A DNA stretch of 64,000 nt from an uncultured bacterium (GCA_937903035.1 CALCZP010000004.1:12570-76569); one strand, 5' to 3'. Shown: positions 48,155 to 58,832, counted from the stretch's first letter. Notes: generated by a model from the letters alone, not told the origin. Program-made: numbers and translations.

Positions 48155-48418
48155 TTACTTGCGCTTTAAACGATAAACTTGGATGATTTCTTGTGTAGCT
48201 TTATCAGCTTTTCCATCCTTAATTTGGTTAATTAAGCAATGGCCCAAATGATGCTCAAGAAGAGTATCCTCAACATTGGAAATTCCCTGCTTTATCGCGG
48301 ATGCCTGCGTGATGACGTCGATACAATATGTACCTTTTTCAATCATGTCTTGAAGACCCCTTACTTGACCTTCAATTATTTTTAACCGGCGTATCATTTT
48401 TTCTTTATTCGTAGACAT
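48155..48418 (-). CDS. csoR: CsoR/RcnR family metal-sensing transcriptional repressor
   Basis: 'LKIIEGQVRGLQDMIEKGTYCIDVITQ...HHLGHC' carries the C-H-C ligand pattern. Confidence 0.8.
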   Translation of the reverse strand: MSTNKEKMIRRLKIIEGQVRGLQDMIEKGTYCIDVITQASAIKQGISNVEDTLLEHHLGHCLINQIKDGKADKATQEIIQVYRLKRK

Positions 48419-48603
48419 GTACCGAGTATATACCCCCAGGGGGGTATTGTCAAAGGTATTTTAAATACTTAAATATCGTAATAGCCTACTCTTCAATTAT
48501 TCTTAAAAGGTAACTAGAATTAAGGTTCTAATTTTAGGTGTGAAATATCGACTTATCCTTATTTAGGAGTACTATTTATAAATATAAATAAGAATAAAAA
48601 CAT

Positions 48604-49002
48604 ATGAAAATTGATGAAAATATTGAAAAATTTATTTTATCTGCCGAATCAAAAGCACTTGCAACATATGGCACAAACATAAACGTTGTTCCTGTATCTT
48701 CAATAAGGATTGTGGAAGGGAAAATTTGGCTTATAAACTATTTTCTTGATAAAACACTAGCAAATATTCTTCTTAACCCCTCGGTTTCTCTTGTATGCTG
48801 GAAAAAAATGATGGGATATCAGATAAAAGGAAATGTTGAATATATAACAGATGGAGAATATTTTGATAATGCAACCTCATGGATAAAAGAACAGCTGCCA
48901 GATAGAGTAGTAAAAGGTTTGTTGATTTTAACACCAGAAGAGATATACGATATTGCTCCTACCAAAGATACTGCGGAAAAGTTTTTAAATGAACTATCCT
49001 AA
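48604..49002 (+). CDS. Pyridoxamine 5'-phosphate oxidase-like FMN-binding split-barrel protein
   Basis: The 'LATYGTNINVVPVSSIRIVEGKIWL' PNPOx-like fold signature, in an AT-rich flank with a downstream hairpin. Confidence 0.55.
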   Translation: MKIDENIEKFILSAESKALATYGTNINVVPVSSIRIVEGKIWLINYFLDKTLANILLNPSVSLVCWKKMMGYQIKGNVEYITDGEYFDNATSWIKEQLPDRVVKGLLILTPEEIYDIAPTKDTAEKFLNELS

Positions 49003-49152
49003 AATGATGAGATATCGTAAATACAAAAGACACCTAAAATTAGATGTCTTTTGTTCTGGTTACCGCACTCAGCGGGTATGCAATTTCAGTATAGTATATC
49101 GAGCTAGCTCGAGAAGCGTTATTTCAACGCGTCTCGTGCTAGCTGTCAATTG

Positions 49153-49223
49153 CTGGGGAACTAGGACTCGAACCTAGATAAACGGAACCAAAATCCGTTG
49201 TCCTACCATTAGACGATTCCCCA
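49153..49223 (-). tRNA. tRNA-Gln (anticodon UUG), without an encoded CCA
   Basis: Hand-folded: acceptor TGGGGAA/TTCCCCA, a three-bp D-stem (GTC/GAC), anticodon stem ACGGA/TCCGT with loop TT-TTG-GT, T-arm CTAGG-TTCGAGT-CCTAG and discriminator G. The architecture resembles E. coli tRNA-Gln. Confidence 0.8.
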
Positions 49224-49274
49224 ATATTGTGCCCTGCAGTTATACCATGACAGGTGTTTTTTTTGAAGAGTTTT

Positions 49275-50318
49275 TTATTTCTTCCCTTCTATCCCGAGCA
49301 TGTCGATAAATGCGAGCTCGAGTGCGAGTGTCGGCACTGCAGCATAGGCAATACGCTCGATCGCCGTGATCACCGCAACAATACCGCGTGATGAGATGGC
49401 TTCTGTACTCTCCACTGCTCCCCGCTTGATGATCTCCATGTACTGCTCAGAGTATTCAGCTTCGATATCGGCACGCTTGTTCGGCGCATAGCGATACATG
49501 AGCGAGCGACGCATCGTATCGAGAAAGAGCTGCGCCAGGAGCATCATGTCGGTATGGTGCGCCTCAGCACGAGCAAGCGTCGTATAGATCGCATCCATGT
49601 CGCACTCAATGAGCGCAGTATAGAGCTCATGAATCACCTGGAGTGATGGCGCACCGGTGATACTCTCAATGAGCTCACGAGTAATCACGCGCCCTTTTGC
49701 AGCAGAGAGTACCTTTTGCAAAATACTGAACGAATCACGAAACGATCCATCGCCGAGAAATGCCACGAGTGCGGCACTCTCCTTGTCGATCACCACATGC
49801 TCACGCTCCGCAATGCTTTCGATGATACTTGCGAGGACTTTCTCATTTGGCTTGCGAAACGAAAATACTTGGCAACGAGAGAGGATCGTATCAGGCACCT
49901 TGTCGAGCTCAGTCGTTGCAAGCACAAAGATCACATGAGCCGGTGGCTCCTCAATGGTCTTGAGAAGTGCATTGAATGCATGTGATGAGAGCATGTGCAC
50001 CTCGTCGATGATGTAGACCTTGAAGCGTGATGAAAATGGGAGTACACGCACGCTCTGTCGGATCTCATCGACATCAGCCACCTGACGGTTTGATGCGGCA
50101 TCGATCTCAATAATGTCCTCAGGGTTCGTACCGAGCGCACGGGCAAAGATGCGAGCGACTGAAGTCTTGCCCGTACCACGACTGCCTGTAAAGAGGTATG
50201 CATGGGAGAATGTACCACTTTCGATTGACTGAGAGAGTGCCGAGACAATGTGCTCTTGCCCCACCACTTCATTCCACTCACTCGGGCGATATTTGCGGTA
50301 CAAGACTTGGCTTTCCAT
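49275..50318 (-). CDS. dnaX: DNA polymerase III gamma/tau subunit, short form
   Basis: 'YLFTGSRGTGKTS' Walker A, 'IIDEVHML', and sensor 'ILSRCQVFSF'. The start was trimmed to MESQVLYRKYRPSEW. Confidence 0.85.
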   Translation of the reverse strand: MESQVLYRKYRPSEWNEVVGQEHIVSALSQSIESGTFSHAYLFTGSRGTGKTSVARIFARALGTNPEDIIEIDAASNRQVADVDEIRQSVRVLPFSSRFKVYIIDEVHMLSSHAFNALLKTIEEPPAHVIFVLATTELDKVPDTILSRCQVFSFRKPNEKVLASIIESIAEREHVVIDKESAALVAFLGDGSFRDSFSILQKVLSAAKGRVITRELIESITGAPSLQVIHELYTALIECDMDAIYTTLARAEAHHTDMMLLAQLFLDTMRRSLMYRYAPNKRADIEAEYSEQYMEIIKRGAVESTEAISSRGIVAVITAIERIAYAAVPTLALELAFIDMLGIEGKK

Positions 50319-50382
50319 GACGACATTGTAGCAGACATGCCCAAAAGAAAAAGCCTGCACGGTGTGCAAGGCTTTAGGGTTT

Positions 50383-50817
50383 TTAATGTGGAGTAAACGT
50401 GAATAAAAAGTTATCATCTTTCACTTGCTCAACAACTATTTCAGCTTTTGTATTCCAAATAGCAGATATTTGAGCACATATCCGAGCTAACTCATTGAGT
50501 GAATACTGACTGATGAGTACTTCTTTTTGTACCAAAAAGGTGCTTTGCTGGGCAGCTTTTTCTCCATTGAATACTAATGTTGCATCAAGTAATGCATACA
50601 GAAGTGTCTTTGTATGTTGTACGGGCAGGATCAATAAACGCCTCGCATCATCAGCATTTTCTTGAGATGGAGGAATTAGAAGTGATTTGTAAATCGGCTC
50701 TAGATACTGCATTCGCTGAGCCTCAAATGCGGAGCTAGTCTTATTAACTGCATATACAGTTTTTGAAAAGGGTCCATAAAGGCGGCTCGTACCTTCGGTA
50801 AGAAGAATTTTTTTCAT
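50383..50817 (-). CDS. Hypothetical protein
   Basis: 144-aa ORF upstream of dnaX. Confidence 0.4.
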   Translation of the reverse strand: MKKILLTEGTSRLYGPFSKTVYAVNKTSSAFEAQRMQYLEPIYKSLLIPPSQENADDARRLLILPVQHTKTLLYALLDATLVFNGEKAAQQSTFLVQKEVLISQYSLNELARICAQISAIWNTKAEIVVEQVKDDNFLFTFTPH

Positions 50818-50852
50818 GGTACTTAGTTTTTCAACAAAATACCATTTGATAA

Positions 50853-51929
50853 CTAACTTGTCAAAAATTGTACTACAATCCCCTCAACTTCACCTGCATC
50901 CTTTGCTTCCATGAGCTCCATACGAAGTTCCTTTGCACCGCGGAAGCCCGTGCAGTATGCCTTGTAGTGTTTTTTCATAATGGCAAATGACTTGATATCA
51001 CCGAGCAAGTCCTCAAAGAGTTTCGTATGTTCTACCATTACCGTGAGTCGCTCCTCGATCGTGATCGGACGCGCAGCAGATTGTGCGAGCGTGCGCTTAC
51101 TCGTCCCAAAGATATGTTTCAAAAAGGTACTGCGGATCCATCGTGGTTGCTTGCGCGGAATACTTGCCACCACTTCACGCGACGCATCAAAAAACCATGG
51201 ATTACCAAACAGTGCTCGTCCTACCATCACGCCGTCAGCCCCACTCTCTACTGCTTTTTGTTTCCCATCAGCAAGCGACGTCACATCACCGTTGCCGATA
51301 ATGATCGTCTCTGGCGCAAGCTTGTCGCGGAGCTCGACGACGCGCTTAAGACGAGACCAGTCAGCAGGTACTGCGGAGAGTTCTTTGCGGGTGCGTACAT
51401 GCACACTGAGTGCAGCAATTCCTGCAGAGAGTAGTAGCGGGATCCATTTTTCTATTTGTACCGTCTGATACCCAACGCGTGTTTTCACCGAAAGCGGAAT
51501 ATCACGACCTGATGCCTGGATACCACGTTTTGCAGCGGCAATCACTGCCAATGCAACATCAGGTGTCTTGATCATTGCGGCACCTGCGCCCTGCTTCTCA
51601 ATAGTCTTGTCAGGACATCCCATGTTGATGTCGATACCATCAAAGCCGAGCTCGGCCGCGAGCTTACACGCGCCTTCCATATTTGTGGGATCAGCAGAAA
51701 AAAGTTGCGCGACAATCGGTCGCTCTGCTTCAGAAAACACCAAGTCACGCGCGAGTATCTCCCGCCCCTTGCTCATGAGTCCATTTGCAGACACAAACTC
51801 CGTCCATATGACATCAGGCTTGCCATGACGAGCAATGAGTGCGCGAAATGCAGGATCAGTCACATCTGCCATCGGTGCGACGACAAAGAATGGCTTTTTA
51901 GTTGATTTGAGTTGTTGCCAGAAGTTCAT
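50853..51929 (-). CDS. dusB: tRNA-dihydrouridine synthase
   Basis: 'VAPMADVTD' and 'DINMGCP' Dus motifs, a TIM barrel and a helical C-terminal domain. Confidence 0.85.
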   Translation of the reverse strand: MNFWQQLKSTKKPFFVVAPMADVTDPAFRALIARHGKPDVIWTEFVSANGLMSKGREILARDLVFSEAERPIVAQLFSADPTNMEGACKLAAELGFDGIDINMGCPDKTIEKQGAGAAMIKTPDVALAVIAAAKRGIQASGRDIPLSVKTRVGYQTVQIEKWIPLLLSAGIAALSVHVRTRKELSAVPADWSRLKRVVELRDKLAPETIIIGNGDVTSLADGKQKAVESGADGVMVGRALFGNPWFFDASREVVASIPRKQPRWIRSTFLKHIFGTSKRTLAQSAARPITIEERLTVMVEHTKLFEDLLGDIKSFAIMKKHYKAYCTGFRGAKELRMELMEAKDAGEVEGIVVQFLTS

Positions 51930-52747
51930 TAGTCGAATTTATACACTACTTTGTTCTCAAAGCGAAGGTCGATATAGCGGAGCACACTCGCTGAGTGATA
52001 CATCGTCTCCAAAGGATCAGTACGGAGCGCACTAAAGAGCGCCTCGAGCGTCGTATCAGCATCATGCAAGGGATCGATCATGAGCTTTGCTTCGTTGGCT
52101 TGATGCATAAACACAATATCAAGCTCACGCTCCGATACAAAGTGAAATGCAATCGGATCAATCGAAATATCACGCAAGTGATCGATATATGTTTGTATGA
52201 GCATTAGTTGATCTAGTGTGATAGGTACAAACGGAAGCTCACCGCGAGTACCGATAGAGATTTTCACATATGCATTCCCCGAGAAGTACGGCGCCTGCGC
52301 AAATACTGATCCACGCTCATCCATAAAGAAACACTGCTCATCACACCAGAGATATTTACCTTCGTATTCTGCAACAGAGACCATGAGCTTGGTCGCACCA
52401 TCACGCGTGACCGATACTTGCTTGAACCTTGGAAACATTTCCTTGATGCGAGACGCGAGCATATCACTATCAAGGAGCAGCATGCTTTTCTTGGGAAATA
52501 GTTTCAAATGATTGCCTTCGAGTAAGCTCGCCGCATAGAGTCTAACTTCTTCGGGATCAGCGACATTTGCACCAACAACTTCAATGGTCTGCACTTGAAG
52601 CTTGGGGGTACGAGTCAGCATCACAAAGCCTACAATCACTGCAATAATACTGAGTATGATGACCAAACGCTTCAAGGGAAACTTCTTTGGATCAGGTTTC
52701 GATGCGTCTGACTTGAGAACGCGTGATTGATACGTGCGTTCGTACAT
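51929..52747 (-). CDS. FtsQ/DivIB-like cell division protein
   Basis: A single TM after a basic N-terminus, then a POTRA-like segment 'IQTIEVVGANVADPEEV'. Confidence 0.55.
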   Translation of the reverse strand: MYERTYQSRVLKSDASKPDPKKFPLKRLVIILSIIAVIVGFVMLTRTPKLQVQTIEVVGANVADPEEVRLYAASLLEGNHLKLFPKKSMLLLDSDMLASRIKEMFPRFKQVSVTRDGATKLMVSVAEYEGKYLWCDEQCFFMDERGSVFAQAPYFSGNAYVKISIGTRGELPFVPITLDQLMLIQTYIDHLRDISIDPIAFHFVSERELDIVFMHQANEAKLMIDPLHDADTTLEALFSALRTDPLETMYHSASVLRYIDLRFENKVVYKFD

Positions 52748-52752
52748 ACGTA

Positions 52753-54018
52753 TTATCCGAGATAGTCCTTACCGATATAGGGCTTGAGCACATCAGGTAC
52801 TTTGATACGACCATCTGCCTGTTGGAAATTCTCGATGATCGCAGGAATGATACGTGACGGTGTTGCAACAAGCGTGTTGTTGAGTGAGTGCGCATAGCGG
52901 AGCTTGCCTTCGGCATCCTTGTACCGAATGTTGAGACGTCGTGTTTGAAAATCATGAAAGTATGACGCTGAATGTGTCTCACGGAATTTACCTTGTGACG
53001 GCATCCATACTTCGATGTCGTATTTCTTGACCTGCCCGAGACCAAGGTCACCACCGCAGTTCACCACAATATGATAGTGCAGACCGAGTGCCTGAAGGAG
53101 CTCCTCGACATTCGTCGTGATTTCTTCATGGAGTGCAACAGAAGCTTCATGACTTGCTTCACAGAGTACAACTTGTTCGAGTTTGTAGAACTCATGCACA
53201 CGGATCAAGCCCTTCACATCCTTGCCATGGCTTCCCGCTTCACGACGGAAACATGGTGAAAATGCTACGTACTTTTTTGGGAGATCACTGACTGAAAGCA
53301 CCTCATCAGAATGATATGACATGGTCGCGACTTCACCAGTACCTGCGAGGTAGTCATCGTCTTGTGTTTTATACAAATCCTCCTCACCTTGTGGTAAGTA
53401 ACCTGTACCGTAGAGTGTGTTCTTGGTGACAAGTGACGGTACAACAAGTGGCGCAAATCCTTTTGCAACGATTGCTTGCATAAAGTACTGCCAGAGTGCG
53501 AACTGGAGAAGTACTGCATCATTTTTTAAAAAGTATCCACGAAAACCTGCAACTTTGGTTCCACGATCAAAGTCCACCATATCACGCGCTTCCATGAGCT
53601 CAGTATGATCCTTTACTGGGAAATCAAATGTTGGTTGTTCACCCCATACACGATACTCAAGATTTTCTTCGTCACTCGCACCTTCAGGAACTGAAATATC
53701 AGGTACGTTTGGTACCTGAAGCATCATGAGCTGCCATTCGCGGGTGATGGTTTTCACCAACTCTTCTTTTGCCTGAACTTCTTCTTTGATCGGCTTGAGA
53801 TCTTCGATGAGCTTGGTGCGAGTCTCGACATCAGGCGCCTTTGGAATCTCATCAGAGAGACGGTTTTGCTCAGCACGGATGGTCTCAAATGCCGTCAGTG
53901 CTTCACGACGCTTCTCTTCGAGTGCAAGGAGTGCATCCACATCAAAGGTAATATGTTTTTTGGCAGCGGCCGCCTTGATAAGCTCAGGATTTTCTTTGAT
54001 GAATTTGATATCTAACAT
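52753..54018 (-). CDS. serS: Seryl-tRNA synthetase
   Basis: An N-terminal coiled coil, class II motifs ('FRREAGSHGKDVKGLIRVHEF') and a 421-aa length. Confidence 0.9.
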   Translation of the reverse strand: MLDIKFIKENPELIKAAAAKKHITFDVDALLALEEKRREALTAFETIRAEQNRLSDEIPKAPDVETRTKLIEDLKPIKEEVQAKEELVKTITREWQLMMLQVPNVPDISVPEGASDEENLEYRVWGEQPTFDFPVKDHTELMEARDMVDFDRGTKVAGFRGYFLKNDAVLLQFALWQYFMQAIVAKGFAPLVVPSLVTKNTLYGTGYLPQGEEDLYKTQDDDYLAGTGEVATMSYHSDEVLSVSDLPKKYVAFSPCFRREAGSHGKDVKGLIRVHEFYKLEQVVLCEASHEASVALHEEITTNVEELLQALGLHYHIVVNCGGDLGLGQVKKYDIEVWMPSQGKFRETHSASYFHDFQTRRLNIRYKDAEGKLRYAHSLNNTLVATPSRIIPAIIENFQQADGRIKVPDVLKPYIGKDYLG

Positions 54019-54075
54019 GTAGGAGCACTATAGCGCATTTTTTGACTTTTTTGAATATTTATCTTTTCTTGAGGG

Positions 54076-54966
54076 TTGGCACCATACAATATATACATGG
54101 AAGACTACCCGATCCGAGAACTGCACCCTCTTGAGGCATTTCCATCCCTTGCTGAAATCCCCGACCAACCCAAGGTGCTCCATATCCGCGGATCACTCGA
54201 TCGTATGCAGGGCACCAAGTACGTGACCGTCGTCGGTAGTCGCAAATGTACAAGCTATGGCAGAAATGTCTGCCAATCATTGATTGCTGGACTTGCAGGA
54301 TATCCAGTCACTATTGTTTCAGGTCTTGCACTGGGCATTGATGGCATTGCACATCAAGCAGCGATTGATGCAGGACTTCCAACCATCGCATTTCCCGGAT
54401 CAGGACTTAATGCAAACGTGCTCTATCCCGCGAGTCATCATGGTCTCGCACGCAGCATACTCGAACACGGTGGTGCACTCATTAGTGAATACGACAATGA
54501 TATGATTGCAACGCCGTGGACTTTCCCGAGACGCAACAGACTCGAGGCAGGTATTTCAGATATCACCATTATTATTGAGGCACAAGAAAAGTCGGGCACC
54601 CTCATCACCGCGCGATTGGGCACCGAGTACAACAAGATCGTCGGCGCCGTGCCTGGACCTATTACGTCGGACACCTCGCGGGGTACTAACTGGCTTCTGA
54701 AACTTGGGGCAGTACCAATCACTGATTCTACAGATATTTTGCGCGAGCTCAATCTTGCGGAGAAACTCACGAGTGATATATCGAGCTATCTGATGCTCAA
54801 TGCTGATGAAGAACGCGTAATCGCTATCTTAAATGAACCAAAAAGTCGAGAAGATATCATGCATGAACTTGAACTTGATGCATCATCTGCGAACATGCTG
54901 TTCTCTACACTTGAGATCAAAGGAGTCATACGAGAGACGCTCGGTTATATTGAGCGCATGCTCTAG
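54076..54966 (+). CDS. dprA: DNA processing protein DprA (Smf)
   Basis: 'VTVVGSRKCTSYG...IVSGLALGIDGIAHQAAI' Rossmann-like DprA core. Confidence 0.85.
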   Translation: MAPYNIYMEDYPIRELHPLEAFPSLAEIPDQPKVLHIRGSLDRMQGTKYVTVVGSRKCTSYGRNVCQSLIAGLAGYPVTIVSGLALGIDGIAHQAAIDAGLPTIAFPGSGLNANVLYPASHHGLARSILEHGGALISEYDNDMIATPWTFPRRNRLEAGISDITIIIEAQEKSGTLITARLGTEYNKIVGAVPGPITSDTSRGTNWLLKLGAVPITDSTDILRELNLAEKLTSDISSYLMLNADEERVIAILNEPKSREDIMHELELDASSANMLFSTLEIKGVIRETLGYIERML

Positions 54967-55013
54967 AAATTTGCCAAAGAATATTCCTCGTGGTACTACT
55001 GCATGAGCAAACT

Positions 55014-57224
55014 ATGAAATTACTTATTGTCGAGAGTCCCTCGAAAGCAAAAACAATCGAAAAATATTTGGACGGTGCATATACCGTACGCGCATCAGTC
55101 GGCCATATTCGCGATCTTCCAAAGTCAAACAAAAAAGCCATCGACATTCCAGGTGGCTTTATTCCTCATTATGAAATCGCCAAGGGTAAAAGTCATGTCG
55201 TGGACGAGTTGCAGCACCTTGCACACAGCGCCAAAGAAATCATGCTCGCAACTGACCCGGACCGAGAAGGAGAAGCCATCGCGTGGCACATTGAGGAAAT
55301 TCTCCATGCCGACAAAAAAGTCAAAGCACCAATCAAGCGTGTGACATTTAATGAGATCACCAAGGAGGCAGTGACCGAGGCATTAAAACATCCTCGTAAT
55401 ATCGATACAAATCTTCGTCGTGCACAAGAAGCACGCCGTGTCCTTGATCGCCTCGTGGGCTATGATCTCTCAGGTATTATCTGGCAGAAAGTCCGCTACG
55501 GCCTCTCAGCAGGTCGCGTACAATCCCCTGCGCTTCGCATTCTCATGGAGCGCGAGCGCGAAATCCGCGCATTTATTCCTGAGACCTACTGGGTACTTGA
55601 TGGACTCTTCAAGACCAAAAAAGGTGTCACTATCGGACTTGCTGCAACCGAAGAACCACGCGACAAAGCTGAGGTTGATCGTATTATCAATATCGCCAAG
55701 TCTGCTGACTGGATCGTGACTGAAGTAAAGACTAGTGAGCAAAAACGCTCACCACGTGCACCATTTACCACTTCAACGATTCAACAGACAGCGAGTACAC
55801 GTTTTGGCTTTTCGCCTGCACGCACCATGCAGATCGCACAAAAGTTGTATGAAGCCGGTCATATCACCTACATGCGTACTGACTCGACCACCATCTCCGC
55901 ACAGATCATGCCGATGATCGTCAAAACGATTGAAAAGAAATTTGGCAAGGAATTCGTGGAAGTTCGCACATACAAAACTAAGGCAAAAAACGCACAGGAA
56001 GCCCACGAAGCCATCCGTCCAACTCACCCAGAGAAAATCTCAGCAGGTACGACCGATGAACAAAAGAAACTCTACTCCTTGATTTGGGAGCGCACGATTG
56101 CATCACAAATGATCGATGCAAAGCTCATGAAAACACGCATTGCGGCAAATGTGACCAAGGGTACGATCCCTGACTTTGTCGCAAACGGCTCACGTGTCAT
56201 TGCACCAGGATGGCTCATGGCTGATATTGGCGCACGCGGCGAAGACATTGAACTCCCGGAAGTGCACGAACAAGACCCGCTCACCCTTGTTGAATTCAAA
56301 GACACTGAGAAACAAACCGAGCCACCAAATCGCTACTCCGAAGCAGGGCTCGTCAAAGAGCTTGAGGCACGAGGCATTGGTCGTCCTTCAACCTATGCAG
56401 CTATCATCTCAACACTTGAGGCACGAGGATATATTGAAAAGGTAAATCGCTCACTCCATCCGACTGATACCGGCGATGTTGTATCATCATTCCTTGAGGC
56501 ACACTTCATGAATTATATTTCCGACACCTTTACCGCAGAAATGGAAAATGAGCTCGATGATATTGCAAACGGTGATCGCGACTATACCAAAACGCTCAAG
56601 GAATTCTACACACCATTCCAAAAGGAAGTAAAGCAAAAAGAAAAGCTCGACAAAGCGACTACTCTTGAGAAAGCCGATGACAAATTCAAATGTCCGAAAT
56701 GTGGCGCAGGCATGATTGTAAAGCTTGGTCGCGGCGGCAAGTTTCTCTCATGCGATCGCTACCCTGACTGCGATGGCGCACTCACCATTGAAGGTCTTGA
56801 AATTAAAAAAGATGAACCAATTGGTATTGATCCTGAGAGTGGACTTCCGATCTTTGTGCTTATTGGACGTTTTGGCCCCTATGTACAGCTTGGGCTCAAA
56901 CCTGAAAAGACCGCGAAAGCAAAGAAAGGTGAAAAGAAAGAGAAGCCTCGCATGGCAAGTATTCCCAAAGAGATTGATCCAACGACCGTGACGGTGGCAA
57001 TGGCAACCAAATACCTCTCACTCCCGCGCGTACTGGGTATACACCCAGACAGTGGCAAAGAAGTCATGGCAAACATTGGACGCTTTGGTCCATATGTCGG
57101 ACATGACGGCAATTTCCGATCAATCAAAGCACCCCTTGATGTGTACACTATTACCCTAGATGAAGGACTCCATCTCCTCGCCCAAGAAAAGAAACCTCGT
57201 GGATTCCAGAAAAAGAAAGTCTAA
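55014..57224 (+). CDS. topA: DNA topoisomerase I
   Basis: TOPRIM 'LLIVESPSKAKTIEKYL', an active-site Tyr region, and a C-terminal zinc ribbon 'CPKCGAGM...CDRYPDCDG'. Confidence 0.9.
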   Translation: MKLLIVESPSKAKTIEKYLDGAYTVRASVGHIRDLPKSNKKAIDIPGGFIPHYEIAKGKSHVVDELQHLAHSAKEIMLATDPDREGEAIAWHIEEILHADKKVKAPIKRVTFNEITKEAVTEALKHPRNIDTNLRRAQEARRVLDRLVGYDLSGIIWQKVRYGLSAGRVQSPALRILMEREREIRAFIPETYWVLDGLFKTKKGVTIGLAATEEPRDKAEVDRIINIAKSADWIVTEVKTSEQKRSPRAPFTTSTIQQTASTRFGFSPARTMQIAQKLYEAGHITYMRTDSTTISAQIMPMIVKTIEKKFGKEFVEVRTYKTKAKNAQEAHEAIRPTHPEKISAGTTDEQKKLYSLIWERTIASQMIDAKLMKTRIAANVTKGTIPDFVANGSRVIAPGWLMADIGARGEDIELPEVHEQDPLTLVEFKDTEKQTEPPNRYSEAGLVKELEARGIGRPSTYAAIISTLEARGYIEKVNRSLHPTDTGDVVSSFLEAHFMNYISDTFTAEMENELDDIANGDRDYTKTLKEFYTPFQKEVKQKEKLDKATTLEKADDKFKCPKCGAGMIVKLGRGGKFLSCDRYPDCDGALTIEGLEIKKDEPIGIDPESGLPIFVLIGRFGPYVQLGLKPEKTAKAKKGEKKEKPRMASIPKEIDPTTVTVAMATKYLSLPRVLGIHPDSGKEVMANIGRFGPYVGHDGNFRSIKAPLDVYTITLDEGLHLLAQEKKPRGFQKKKV

Positions 57225-57238
57225 GGTATAGTGAGTCC

Positions 57239-58711
57239 ATGCACGACATTGCATCACTCACCAAGCTCATCACGTATCCTATTACTGATGATGACAAAAC
57301 ACGGATAGAAAGAGCGTACACCTTTGCAGAAGCAAAACACGCAGGTCAGAAACGAAACTCTGGTGAGGACTATTTTTTTCACGTACTTGAAGTCGCCAAA
57401 AACTGTGCAGTACTTGGCATGGATACCACAACAATTATCAGCGCACTCCTTCATGACACTCTTGAGGATACGGATGCAACTGAGGATGAGATGCTTGAAG
57501 CGTTTGGCGAGCAGGTAGTCTTTTTGGTCAAAGGGGTCACTAAACTTGGCAAGATTAAATACCGCGGACAAGAACGACATGTTGAAAGTATGCGTAAGCT
57601 CTTTGTTGCAACAGCGGAGGATTTGCGTGTACTTATCATCAAGCTCGCTGACCGTTTGCATAATGTCTCAACACTTGAACACGTTCGTCCTGACAAGCGC
57701 ACTCGTATCGCACTTGAAACAATCGAAGTGCATGCATCACTCGCCGGACGACTTGGTATGGGTAAACTCAAAGGAATGCTTGAGGATTATGCATTCCCCT
57801 ATGCTTTTCCAAAAGAATACGAACGAACAAAAGCATTCTTCACCGAACGATCACCAAAAGCACAAGAGACTGCCAGCAAGGCACACACTGAGCTCACCCA
57901 GACACTCAATGGCTTTACACTACCTAACATCGAGATCGATTCTCGAGTCAAGCATCTCTACAGCCTGTATCGCAAAATGCTCAAGTATGAAAAGCGCAAA
58001 GAGTCGACCGATCAGATCTATGATATCGTTGCACTTCGTGTACTCACTGACTCAGTTACCGACTGCTATCAAGTCCTTGGACTCGTTCATATGCTCTGGA
58101 AACCACTCCCTGGCCGTATCAAAGACTACATTGCCCTTCCTAAACCCAATGGCTACCAATCACTCCACACAACTGTTATAACCCCGACTGGTATTGTTGA
58201 GATACAAATCAGAACTCATGCGATGCACCAAGAAAGTGAAATCGGTATCGCAGCACATTTTGCGTACAAAGAAGCTGCCCACCCTCAAGCACATGCTCCA
58301 AAGAAAAAACTTCGATGGATTGATGACCTCAAAGAGTTCCATGGTGCAATTAAAAATCCCAACAAATTTCTTGATCAGCTTCGTACTGATCTGTTCAAGA
58401 ACCGTATCTTTGTCTTTACCCCAAAAGGCGATGTGATTGACCTCCCTGAGGATGCATCTCCAATCGACTTTGCATATGCAGTTCACTCAGATATCGGTAA
58501 CAGCGTGAGCTCCGCTCGTATTAATGGCAAAATAGCAGCGCTTGGCAGCGCTCTCAATAATGGCGATATCGTTGAAATCATCACGAGTAAAAATGCCAAG
58601 CCTTCGAGCAAATGGCTCGACTATGCACGCACTGGTATGGCCAAGCGTCGTATTCGCACCTATATTGCCGAGCACGGCGGTCTCCTCGAGAAGTTTCTGG
58701 CAAAAGAATAG
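57239..58711 (+). CDS. rel: Bifunctional (p)ppGpp synthetase/hydrolase Rel, short form without an ACT domain
   Basis: An HD domain ('LLHDTLEDT'), a synthetase domain ('VKHLYSLYRKM...YQSLHTTV') and a TGS domain at the C-terminus. Confidence 0.85.
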   Translation: MHDIASLTKLITYPITDDDKTRIERAYTFAEAKHAGQKRNSGEDYFFHVLEVAKNCAVLGMDTTTIISALLHDTLEDTDATEDEMLEAFGEQVVFLVKGVTKLGKIKYRGQERHVESMRKLFVATAEDLRVLIIKLADRLHNVSTLEHVRPDKRTRIALETIEVHASLAGRLGMGKLKGMLEDYAFPYAFPKEYERTKAFFTERSPKAQETASKAHTELTQTLNGFTLPNIEIDSRVKHLYSLYRKMLKYEKRKESTDQIYDIVALRVLTDSVTDCYQVLGLVHMLWKPLPGRIKDYIALPKPNGYQSLHTTVITPTGIVEIQIRTHAMHQESEIGIAAHFAYKEAAHPQAHAPKKKLRWIDDLKEFHGAIKNPNKFLDQLRTDLFKNRIFVFTPKGDVIDLPEDASPIDFAYAVHSDIGNSVSSARINGKIAALGSALNNGDIVEIITSKNAKPSSKWLDYARTGMAKRRIRTYIAEHGGLLEKFLAKE

Positions 58712-58832
58712 CTCCACAAAAACACCATTCATATGACACGCATATTTTTCTGGTGAAAATTGCTATGCTCGCACCAGTCGCGCTTGTGCAATGTCATAGA
58801 ACTAGTATTTTTTATAGTGGGCTAGGGTAAAA

